Made by a program: the position numbers and the translations under genes. A stretch of 64,000 nt of DNA from Anaeromyxobacter sp. (GTDB lineage: Bacteria; Myxococcota; Myxococcia; Myxococcales; Anaeromyxobacteraceae): positions 64,001-128,000 of the forward strand of contig JASGJN010000013.1 in the NCBI GenBank assembly GCA_049840735.1, read 5' to 3'. The notes beneath the pieces are model-generated. The model was not told where the DNA came from. It did not search any database and saw only the letters and a program-made list of their open reading frames with translations. Positions 21,273 to 29,717 of the stretch are shown here, piece by piece. How positions within the stretch are numbered: position 1 is the stretch's first letter; each line of letters opens with the position of its first letter.

Positions 21273-22677
21273 TCAGGCGCGGCCGGGCCGGGTGAGCTTC
21301 AGCGGGTCGAGCAGGCGGCGGGCCTCGGCCGGCCTCAGCGCCGCCATCGAGAACCGCCACCTCCGGGATGGACCGGCCGCTGGCCACCGAGGCCTTCACG
21401 ATCTCCGCCGCCCGGGCATAGCCCAGGCGCGGGGCCAGGGCCGTGGCCAGGCTCACGGTCCGCTCGGCGAAGGCGCGGCAGCGCTCCGCGTCGGCCGTGA
21501 GCCCGCGCGCGCAGCGCCGGTCGAAGGCGGTCACCGCCGCCGCCAGGATCTGCAGCGCGTGGCAGAGATCGAACGCCACCAGCGGCATCATCACGTTCAG
21601 CTCCAGCTGCCCGCCGCTGGCCGCCCAGGCCACCGCGCCGTCGAGCGCGACCACCTGGTAGGAGACCATGGCCAGCATCTCGGCCATGGAGGGGTTCACC
21701 TTGCCCGGCATGATGGACGACCCCGGCTGCACCGGCGGCAGGCGCAGCTCCGCCAACCCGGTGGCCGGCCCGCTCCCCAGCAGCCGGACGTCGCCGCCGA
21801 TGCGGAGCAGCTCCAGGGCCGCGGCCCGCAGCGCCCCCGAGAGCGCCACGAAGGGCGCCAGCGACTGCATGGCGTAGAAGGGGTTCTGCGCCGGCGAGAG
21901 CGGCACGCCGGTGAGCCGCTCCAGCTCCGCCACCACCTCGCGCGCGTAGCGCGGGTGGGCGTTGAGCCCGGTCCCCACCGCGGTGCCGCCGAGCCCCAGC
22001 ACCGACAGCTCCGGCAAGGCGTCGCGCACCCGGCCGGCCGCCGCCCGCAGCGCCGCCGCCCAGCCGGAGACCTCCTGGCCCAGCCGGATGGGCGTGGCGT
22101 CGGCCAGGTGCGTCCGGCCGGCCTTGACCACGCCGTCCCAGGCCCGCGCCTTCTGCTCGAACGTGCCGGCCAGGCCGGCCAGCGCCTCGATCACCCCCGG
22201 CGCCAGCTCCAGCGCGGCCAGCCGGATGGCGGTGGGCACCACGTCGTTGGTGGACTGGCCCAGGTTCACGTCGTCGTTGGGATCGACCCGCTGCCGCCCG
22301 CCCAGCAGCTCGGTGGCGCGGTGCGCCAGCACCTCGTTGACGTTCATGTGGTGCGAGGTGCCGGCCCCGGCCTGGTAGACGTCCACCACGAACTGGTCGC
22401 GGTGGGCGCCGGCCAGCACCTCGCGGGCGGCCTGGGCGATGGCCCGGGCCCTGGGCCGGGGCAGCACGCCCAGCCGGCCGTTGACGCGCGCCGCCGCGAG
22501 CTTGATGCGGACGGTCGCGTCCACGAAGGCCGGGTGCGGGCCCAGCCCGGAGATGGGGAAGTTCTGCAGGGCCCGGGCGGTCTGCGCGCCGTAGCGGGCG
22601 CTGGCCGGCACAATCATCTCGCCCATGGTGTCCCGCTCGACGCGGGTGCTGGCCCTCGCGCGACGCCGCTTCGCCAT
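21273..22677 (-). CDS. aspA: Aspartate ammonia-lyase / class II fumarase family lyase, with an apparent frameshift near the C-terminus (~21350)
   Basis: Motifs QAGAGTSHHMNVNEV, GQSTNDV, GRTHLADA and GSSIMPGKVNP. Removing one base restores the family-like end EARRLLDPLKLTRPG and a TGA at 21273. GAGTS favours AspA over FumC. Confidence 0.8.
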
Positions 22678-22940
22678 CCGGCACCTCCGGTGAGGTTCTA
22701 ACGGCCGCGGGCGTCAAGCCTCGGACCTCAGGTGAAGCGACGCTTCTCCCGAGGCCTGGAATCTGGGGCCTGCGGCGCCGCAGCGAGTCTCGGTACGTCC
22801 CCGCTGGGTCACTGCCCGCGAGACGCCCCTGCGCGGGGTACCGAGGAGCGAGCGGCGGCCCCACCGTGCAACCCCAGGTGCGCTCCCCGCGCTCCGGAGG
22901 CCCACGCCGGGCCGGCCGCCGCGAGGGCACGGAGGACGGC

Positions 22941-25193
22941 ATGGGAACGGTCGGGTGGCGTGGCCTGCTCCTGGCGGCGGCGGTCGCCTTGACGATCGGG
23001 TTCCTGGCCAGCAGCGGCTGCGGCCCGAGCGGGAACAAGAGCGGTGGCAGCGCCGGCGGCACGCCCCCGGCAACGGCGGGAACCAGCCTGCAGCTGGAGA
23101 TCCAGTCGGTGCAGGTCCCGCAGACCGGGACGGCCACCGTCACCTTCCGCGCCACCGACGGGAGCGGCCAGGCCGTGGACCTCTTGCAGGAGATCCGCAA
23201 CGCCGGCGCCGGCGCCTACCCGCGCACCTCCGCGCCCCGGTTCACGCTGGCCGAGCTGCAGCCGGACGGCACCTACCTCTCGGCCTACGAGCGGAGCATC
23301 ACCGGCAAGCCCTACCAGCTGACCGACGGCGGGCCGGAGCAGCCGCCGGCGCTGGCCGCGACCCCGCAGGCGGTGGCTGACCCAGTGCCGGCCGCCGACC
23401 CGGACCTGGGCAACCGCCTCACCGCCCAGGGCGACGGCGTCTACACCTTCCAGCTCTCCGCGCCGGCGCGGACTGACCTGGACCGGACCCGCACCTGGAC
23501 CGTGGCCATGTGGGCCACCCGCACCCTCTCCGCCACCGACGGCGGCCACCCGGCCAGCGCCGCGCTCCCCTTCGTGCCGGACGGCGGCATGGCCCAGGGC
23601 TGGCACGTGGTGATCGACGCGGCCTGCAACACCTGCCACGGGCGGCTCGAGGCGCACGACCGGCGCACCGGCGTGGCCCTGTGCGTCACCTGCCACTCGC
23701 CGCAGACCACCGACCCGGAGAGCGGGAACAACGTGGACCTGGCGGTGATGGTCCACCGCATCCACCGCGGCGCCGGCCTGCCCTCGGTGGCGAACCCACC
23801 CGGGATCCCGTACCGGATCGTCGGCTTCGCGCCCAACAACCCGGCGGTCCTCCCGCCCTCGGCGGTGCAGGACTACTCCGAGGTGACCTTCCCGCGCGCC
23901 ATCGTGGACTGCACCGCCTGCCACCAGGGAGCGGACGCCGACCGCTGGAAGAGCGCCGCCTCCTACCGCGCCTGCAACTCCTGCCACGACAACGTCCGCT
24001 TCGACGTGTCCGCCCCGGCCCGCTGCGCCAGCGGCGCGCCGGACCTCGCGCCCTGCAACCACACCGCCGGCGAGGTGCCGGGCGCCCCCACCGCCAACTG
24101 CGCCGGGTGCCACACCGCCGAGGCGGTCGCGGGCCACCACGTGAACCAGCTGGCGGGCTGGGCCTCGCGCTTCCGCTACGAGCTCGTCTCGGCGACGGTG
24201 GACGCGAACCGGCAGCCGGTGGTCCAGTTCCGGGTGGTGGACCCCACCAGCGGCGACGCGCCCTACGACATCAAGACCGACCCGGCCTTCACCGCAGCAG
24301 GCGGCGCCTCCTCGCTCACGGTGGACGTGGCCTGGCCCACCACCGAGTACAGCAACGCCGGGTCGAGCCGACCCTACGGCCAGCCCATCGCCATGAACGC
24401 GCTCACCACGGCCACGGCCGTGGACGGGCAGCCGGGGGTCTTCCAGGTCACCACGCAGCCGGGCCAGGGCGGCGCGCCGGCCGCCACCGTGCCGGCGGGC
24501 GTGGACGCGATCACGGTGGTGATCGAGGGGCACCCGGCGCAGGGCACCCAGCGGCTCCCGGTCACCTCGCTGGTGCAGGACGTTGCGCTGGGCGGGGGGA
24601 CGCCGCCCGCGCGGCGGGTGGTGGTGGAGACGGCGAAGTGCAACGCCTGCCACGGCCAGCTCTCCGCGCACGGCTCCAACCGCAACGGCGACGTGCGGGC
24701 CTGCCAGGTCTGTCACAACCCCGAGGCCACCGACAAGGGCCGCCGCACCGCGGCCGCCCCGCCCGTCGCCGGCGAGGAGTCGGTGGACTTCAAGGTGCTG
24801 ATCCACGAGGTCCACGGCGTGGGCGTCCGGACCAGCGACGTCACCATCATCGGCTTCGGCGGCAACCCGAACGTCTTCCCCATCGGCCTGCCCTTCACCG
24901 GCGACTGCGCCAAGTGCCACGTCGGCACCAGCTACGCCATCCCGCTGGACGCGGCGGTGGTGCGCGACACCACCGTGGACTCCGGCGCCGACCCGCAGGG
25001 CCCGGACGACAACCTGCGCCGGCCGAAGAACCAGGCGGTCTGCCTAGCCTGCCACGACAACGCCACCATCCACGTGGCGCAGTACACGTCGGACGGGGTG
25101 GAGCGGTGCCAGGAGTGCCACGCCGCAGGCGGGACCGTGGACGTGGCCAAGGTCCACCCGATCACGCCGGCCGCGCAGACAATCAGGCGATGA
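22941..25193 (+). CDS. OmcA/MtrC-family decaheme c-type cytochrome lipoprotein
   Basis: GGAGG RBS and SSG|C lipobox. Ten CxxCH motifs in two groups of five (CNTCH, CVTCH, CTACH, CNSCH, CAGCH; CNACH, CQVCH, CAKCH, CLACH, CQECH), with MVHRIH and LIHEVH motifs. Confidence 0.92.
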   Translation: MGTVGWRGLLLAAAVALTIGFLASSGCGPSGNKSGGSAGGTPPATAGTSLQLEIQSVQVPQTGTATVTFRATDGSGQAVDLLQEIRNAGAGAYPRTSAPRFTLAELQPDGTYLSAYERSITGKPYQLTDGGPEQPPALAATPQAVADPVPAADPDLGNRLTAQGDGVYTFQLSAPARTDLDRTRTWTVAMWATRTLSATDGGHPASAALPFVPDGGMAQGWHVVIDAACNTCHGRLEAHDRRTGVALCVTCHSPQTTDPESGNNVDLAVMVHRIHRGAGLPSVANPPGIPYRIVGFAPNNPAVLPPSAVQDYSEVTFPRAIVDCTACHQGADADRWKSAASYRACNSCHDNVRFDVSAPARCASGAPDLAPCNHTAGEVPGAPTANCAGCHTAEAVAGHHVNQLAGWASRFRYELVSATVDANRQPVVQFRVVDPTSGDAPYDIKTDPAFTAAGGASSLTVDVAWPTTEYSNAGSSRPYGQPIAMNALTTATAVDGQPGVFQVTTQPGQGGAPAATVPAGVDAITVVIEGHPAQGTQRLPVTSLVQDVALGGGTPPARRVVVETAKCNACHGQLSAHGSNRNGDVRACQVCHNPEATDKGRRTAAAPPVAGEESVDFKVLIHEVHGVGVRTSDVTIIGFGGNPNVFPIGLPFTGDCAKCHVGTSYAIPLDAAVVRDTTVDSGADPQGPDDNLRRPKNQAVCLACHDNATIHVAQYTSDGVERCQECHAAGGTVDVAKVHPITPAAQTIRR

Positions 25194-25196
25194 GGC

Positions 25197-25529
25197 CTAC
25201 TCCAGCCCGACCTCGACCGCCTTCGCGCCGCCGTCCTCCAGCACGAACCAGACGCGCACCGGGCGGCCGGCCTGGAGCGCGTCCGCGCCCAGCGGCGCGC
25301 CGGTCCGGTCCAGCACCGGCACGTCCGGCGCCAGGCGGAAGGTGACGATCCCGGCGGCGGTCATGACCTGAAACGTCACGGTCTGGAGCCGGAACCGCTC
25401 CGCGTCCAGCCGCAGCACCGTCCCGGCGTCGGAGCGGAGCCGGTCGGTGACCGGCGCCTGGCGCGGGGCCGGGAACGGGAGCGCGGCCAGGGCCAGCGCC
25501 AGGGTGAGCGCGTGCAGCGCGGCGGTCAT
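25197..25529 (-). CDS. Small exported hypothetical protein (110 aa, beta-rich)
   Basis: MTAALHALTLALALAALP signal peptide. ATGA overlap with the NUDIX stop. Confidence 0.65.
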   Translation of the reverse strand: MTAALHALTLALALAALPFPAPRQAPVTDRLRSDAGTVLRLDAERFRLQTVTFQVMTAAGIVTFRLAPDVPVLDRTGAPLGADALQAGRPVRVWFVLEDGGAKAVEVGLE

Positions 25530-26221
25530 GGGCGCGGAGTATCCGCGATCCCCAGCCGCGCCGCCAGCCGCCTGAAGGCCAGCTCGGTCTTGGCGTCCTC
25601 GATCTCCCCGCGATCGCAGGCGGCCAGCGCCGCGCGCAGCTCGCGCCACTCCAGCTGCGCCCCCTCCTCCAGCGGCGAGCCGTCGCCGACCGCCGGCGCG
25701 TCGTAGGGGCCGGTCACGTCCGCCGGCTTCTCCACCTCCGCCTCGAGCAGGTCGATCTTCTCCGAGGCGATCCCGGGCAGGAGGAAGAACGGCCCGCCCA
25801 GCGGCCGCAGGCGGGCCGGGTCGAGCCGCAGCCCGGCCTCCTCGTGCGCCTCGTCGGCGCCGCGCCGGCACAGCGCCTCGAACCCCCGCTCGCCCGGCTC
25901 CAGCACCCCGGCCACGATCTCCTCGACCAGCAGGTAGCGCGGCTCGGGCAGGGCCGCGGCCTTGCCGGCGCGGAAGAGCGCCGCCGGGCGCAGGCCGCGG
26001 CGGGTGAGCACCTCCACGCCGGCCGGGGTGCGGGCCCACAGGCAGACCGCCACCGCGTCCAGCGTGGGCCGGTCGATGAGGTCGATCCGGTACTCGGGGG
26101 AGGCGCTGCCGTCGGCGCGCCGGTTGACGGCCAGCAGCCGCTTGAGCCGCAGGAAGCCCTCGTCCAGGCGCGAGCGGGCGGTCAGGTCCTCGACGATCTC
26201 GATGTCTGCGACGCGGGGCAT
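25526..26221 (-). CDS. NUDIX hydrolase (ADP-ribose pyrophosphatase-like)
   Basis: Nudix box AGVLEPGE...RGADEAHEEAGL and C-terminal GEIEDAKT. GGGAGG RBS. Confidence 0.85.
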   Translation of the reverse strand: MPRVADIEIVEDLTARSRLDEGFLRLKRLLAVNRRADGSASPEYRIDLIDRPTLDAVAVCLWARTPAGVEVLTRRGLRPAALFRAGKAAALPEPRYLLVEEIVAGVLEPGERGFEALCRRGADEAHEEAGLRLDPARLRPLGGPFFLLPGIASEKIDLLEAEVEKPADVTGPYDAPAVGDGSPLEEGAQLEWRELRAALAACDRGEIEDAKTELAFRRLAARLGIADTPRP

Positions 26222-26381
26222 GGGCCCTCCCGCCCGGCGGCGTGGCCGGGCCAGCCTCATGGTGCACCGGCGCGACGGCGGCGAGAAGGGACCGGACGCC
26301 GCGCTGGCCGCCTGCCCGCCCGGGCCGCGTGCCCGCGACGCGAGGCGTCGCCAGCTTTCGCGGACGGAGGAAGCCCGCCCC

Positions 26382-26939
26382 ATGACCCTGCAGGAGATCA
26401 CCGACGGCGTGACCGAGCTGGCGCAGCTCGATCTGGACGCCATCGCGGCCTACGACCGCGCGCTCGCCGCCCTGGACGACGGCCCCATCGCCCACCAGCT
26501 GGCCGGGTTCAAGCTCGATCACCAGCGCCACGTGCTGGAGCTGTCGCAGCTGCTGCTCGCCGCCGGCCGCTCGCCGCCCGAGGCGCGCCCGGACGTGAAG
26601 GGCGCCATCCTGGGCGGCGTGACGGCGCTCCGCTCGCGGCTGGGGACCGAGCAGGCCCTGGCCGCCATGCGGACCAACGAGTCGCTCACCACCTCGACCT
26701 ACGCGCGCATGCTGGCCCGCCCGTTCCCGCCCGACGTGCTGGAGGCGGTCCGGCGCGGCTACGCCGACGAGCAGCGCCACCTGTCCTGGATCGAACGGGC
26801 GCTCGACCAGCGGCTGTGGGAGCAGGAGGCGGGCGCGGGGATCTCGAGCGCAGGGACGGGGCCCGCCCTTCGACTCCGCCGCGGCGGTGCGCCGCGGCTA
26901 CGCTCAGGGCGAACGGGCGTCCGCGCCCGTTCGGCCTGA
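26382..26939 (+). CDS. Ferritin-like four-helix-bundle protein; C-terminus uncertain because it reads into a REP-like repeat
   Basis: GGAGG RBS. Motifs QLDLDAIAAYDRA, DHQRH, MRTNE and DEQRH. Confidence 0.8.
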   Translation: MTLQEITDGVTELAQLDLDAIAAYDRALAALDDGPIAHQLAGFKLDHQRHVLELSQLLLAAGRSPPEARPDVKGAILGGVTALRSRLGTEQALAAMRTNESLTTSTYARMLARPFPPDVLEAVRRGYADEQRHLSWIERALDQRLWEQEAGAGISSAGTGPALRLRRGGAPRLRSGRTGVRARSA

Positions 26940-26974
26940 GCGTAGCGCCCGCGCAGCGGGCGCGGAGTCGAAGG
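26867..26974. repeat. REP/REPIN-like inverted-repeat element
   Basis: CCTTCGACTCCGC..GCTACGCTCAGGGCGAACGGGCG is inverted to CGCCCGTTCGGCCTGAGCGTAGC..GCGGAGTCGAAGG, each arm with an internal hairpin. Lies between convergent genes. Confidence 0.75.
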
Positions 26975-26999
26975 CCAGGGGCAAGCGGATCCTCCCCGC

Positions 27000-29531
27000 C
27001 TACCGGTACCCCTCAATCTCGTCGAACTGCAGGTACCGGTACACCTGCCCTGCCTTGGGCGCGATCTTCTCCCCGTACGCGGCCAGGTACTCGGCCGGCG
27101 TGGGCAGCCGGCCCAGGCTGGCGGCCACCGCGCCCAGCTCGGCCGAGCCGAGGAACACCTTGGCGCCCTTGCCCATGCGGTCGTCGAAGTTGCGGGTCGA
27201 GGTGGAGTAGACGGTCACGCCGTCCGGGACCCGCGCCTGGTTGCCCATGCAGAGCGAGCAGCCGGCGGTCTCGATGCGGGCGCCCACCTGGCCGAAGACC
27301 GAGAAGAAGGCCTCCTCCTTGAGCTGCTCCTGGTCCATCCGCGTGGGCGGGACGATCCAGGTGCGCGCCACGCCCGTCCCCTTCCCGCCGCGCCACACCT
27401 CGCCGGCGGCGCGGAAGTGGCCGATGTTGGTCATGCAGGAGCCGAGGAAGACGTCGTCGATCCTGGTGCCCTGCACCTCGGAGAGCGGCTTCACGTCGTC
27501 CGGGTCGTTCGGGCAGGCGACGATGGGCTCGGTGATCTGGTCGAGGTCGATCTCGAGGTCCGCCGCGTAGCTGGCGGCCGGGTCGGCCCGGAGCAGCTCG
27601 GGCCTGGCCAGCCAGGCCTCCACCGCCGCGATGCGCTTCTCCAGCGCGGCGCGGTCGCCGTAGCCGTCGGCCAGCATCCTGCGCATCAGCGCCGCGTTGG
27701 ACCGCAGGTAGTCGGCCACGCTCTTCACCGACAGGTCCACCGTGGCCGCCGCCGCGCTCCGCTCGGCCGCGGCGTCGGTCAGCTCGAAGGCCTGCTCCAC
27801 CGTCAGGTCGGGCAGCCCCTCCATCTCCAGGATCCGGCCGTTGAAGACGTTCTTCTTGTTCTTCTTGGGGACGGTGAGCAGCCCCTGCCGGATGGCCCAG
27901 AGCGGGATGGCGTTGACCACGTCACGCAGCGTGATGCCCGGGCGCAGCGCCCCCTTGAACCGGACGCGGACGCTCTCCGGCATGTCCAGCGGCAGGAAGC
28001 CCAGCGCGGCGCCGAAGGCCACCAGCCCCGAGCCGGCCGGGAAGGAGATGCCGATGGGGAAGCGGGTGTGCGAGTCGCCGCCGGTGCCCACGGTGTCGGG
28101 CAGGAGCAGCCGGTTGAGCCAGGAGTGGATCACGCCGTCGCCCGGCCGCAGCGAGACGCCGCCCCGCACCTGGATGAAGCCCGGCAGCGCGCGCTGCATC
28201 TTCACGTCGGCCGGCTTGGGGTAGGCCGCGGTGTGGCAGAAGGACTGCATGACCAGCGGCGCCTGGAAGCGCAGGCAGGCCAGCTCCTTGAGCTCGTCGG
28301 CGGTCATGGGCCCGGTGGTGTCCTGCGAGCCGACCGTGGTCATGCGCGGCTCGTAGTAGCCGCCGGGCAGCGCGCCGGGCAGCCCGCAGGCGCGCCCGAC
28401 CATCTTCTGCGCCAGCGTGTAGGCCTGCGCGGGCGCCGGCTCCGGGTTCTTCGGCCGCGCGAAGGCGGTGGCCGGCCCCTGCCCCAGCGCCTGGCGGGCC
28501 TTGTCGGTGAGCGCCCGGCCCACGATGAGCGGGATCCGGCCGCCGGCGCGGAACTCGTCGGGCAGCGTGACCGGGTCGAGCGCGAAGGTGGCCAGCACCT
28601 CGCCGCCGGCGCCGCGCAGCTCGCCGCGGGCGGTGTCGACCTCGATCACGTCGCCGGTCCTGAGCTTGCTGACGTCGGCGCGGATGGGCAGCGCGCCCGA
28701 GTCCTGCGCCGTGTTGAAGAAGATGGGGGCGATCTGGCCGCCGATGATCACGCCGCCGCGCCGTTTGTTGGGCACGAAGGGGATGTCCTCGCCGATGTGC
28801 CAGAGCACCGAGTTGATGGCGGACTTGCGCGAGGAGCCGGTGCCGACCACGTCACCCACGAACGCGACCTGGAAGCCCTCGGCGCGGAAGCCGGCGATGG
28901 TGGCCAGCCCGCCGGGGAAGCGGGTCTTGCCCATGGCCAGCGCGTGGAGCGGGATGTCCGGGCGCGTGGCGGCGTCGCCCGCGGGCGAGAAGTCGTCGGT
29001 GTCGATCTCGCCGTCCACCTTGAAGACCTTGAGGCGGAGCCGCTCCGGCAGGCCGGGGCGGCCGGTGAACCAGCTGGCCCCGGCCCAGCGCTCCAGCACG
29101 CGCCGCGCCGCCGGGAGGCGCGCCGCCAGGGCGGCCACGGCCTCGAAGCCGTCGTGGACGTAGGTGGTCTGGGCCAGCGCCTGCACCGCCTCCTCGGCCA
29201 GCGCCGGGTCCTCCAGCGCGGCCAGCAGCGGCGGGACGTTGTAGCCGCCCATCATGGTCCCGAGCAGCGCCACCGCCTGCGCCGGCGTCACCACCGGGGA
29301 GCGCTTCTCGCCCCGGACGATGGCGCCCAGGAAGGTGGCCTTCACCTCGGCGGCCGGATCGACCCCGGGGGACACCCGGTCACGCAGCAGCCCCAGGAGG
29401 AACGCCTCCTCCCCGGCCGCCGGGCGCTCCAGCGCCTCCACCACGGCGCGGGCCTGGGCGGGATCGAGGGGACGGGCCGGGATTCCGAGCGCCTTCCGCT
29501 CGGACTCGTGCTGACGGTACTGGTCGAACAA
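27000..29531 (-). CDS. acnB: Aconitate hydratase B
   Basis: TTG start after GAGGAG. Motifs RVSPGVDPAAEVKA, GTGSSRKSA, QDTTGPMT, DSHTRFP, FLGSCMTN and GCSLCMGNQAR. Confidence 0.96.
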   Translation of the reverse strand: MFDQYRQHESERKALGIPARPLDPAQARAVVEALERPAAGEEAFLLGLLRDRVSPGVDPAAEVKATFLGAIVRGEKRSPVVTPAQAVALLGTMMGGYNVPPLLAALEDPALAEEAVQALAQTTYVHDGFEAVAALAARLPAARRVLERWAGASWFTGRPGLPERLRLKVFKVDGEIDTDDFSPAGDAATRPDIPLHALAMGKTRFPGGLATIAGFRAEGFQVAFVGDVVGTGSSRKSAINSVLWHIGEDIPFVPNKRRGGVIIGGQIAPIFFNTAQDSGALPIRADVSKLRTGDVIEVDTARGELRGAGGEVLATFALDPVTLPDEFRAGGRIPLIVGRALTDKARQALGQGPATAFARPKNPEPAPAQAYTLAQKMVGRACGLPGALPGGYYEPRMTTVGSQDTTGPMTADELKELACLRFQAPLVMQSFCHTAAYPKPADVKMQRALPGFIQVRGGVSLRPGDGVIHSWLNRLLLPDTVGTGGDSHTRFPIGISFPAGSGLVAFGAALGFLPLDMPESVRVRFKGALRPGITLRDVVNAIPLWAIRQGLLTVPKKNKKNVFNGRILEMEGLPDLTVEQAFELTDAAAERSAAAATVDLSVKSVADYLRSNAALMRRMLADGYGDRAALEKRIAAVEAWLARPELLRADPAASYAADLEIDLDQITEPIVACPNDPDDVKPLSEVQGTRIDDVFLGSCMTNIGHFRAAGEVWRGGKGTGVARTWIVPPTRMDQEQLKEEAFFSVFGQVGARIETAGCSLCMGNQARVPDGVTVYSTSTRNFDDRMGKGAKVFLGSAELGAVAASLGRLPTPAEYLAAYGEKIAPKAGQVYRYLQFDEIEGYR

Positions 29532-29717
29532 GGGCGCACTCCTCAGGCGGACGGTACCGGGTGTGTATAGCACGCCCCAGGGGGTCAAACCCGCCGCGCC
29601 TGGGGCGCCTCGACCCGGGCGAAGCCACGGCTTTCCGCGGACTTCGAGCGCGGCTAGAGTCTGCCACCGGCGCCGCGCACCCGTCCGGCCCGGAGGCCGC
29701 TTCCGAGCTCGCTCCAC

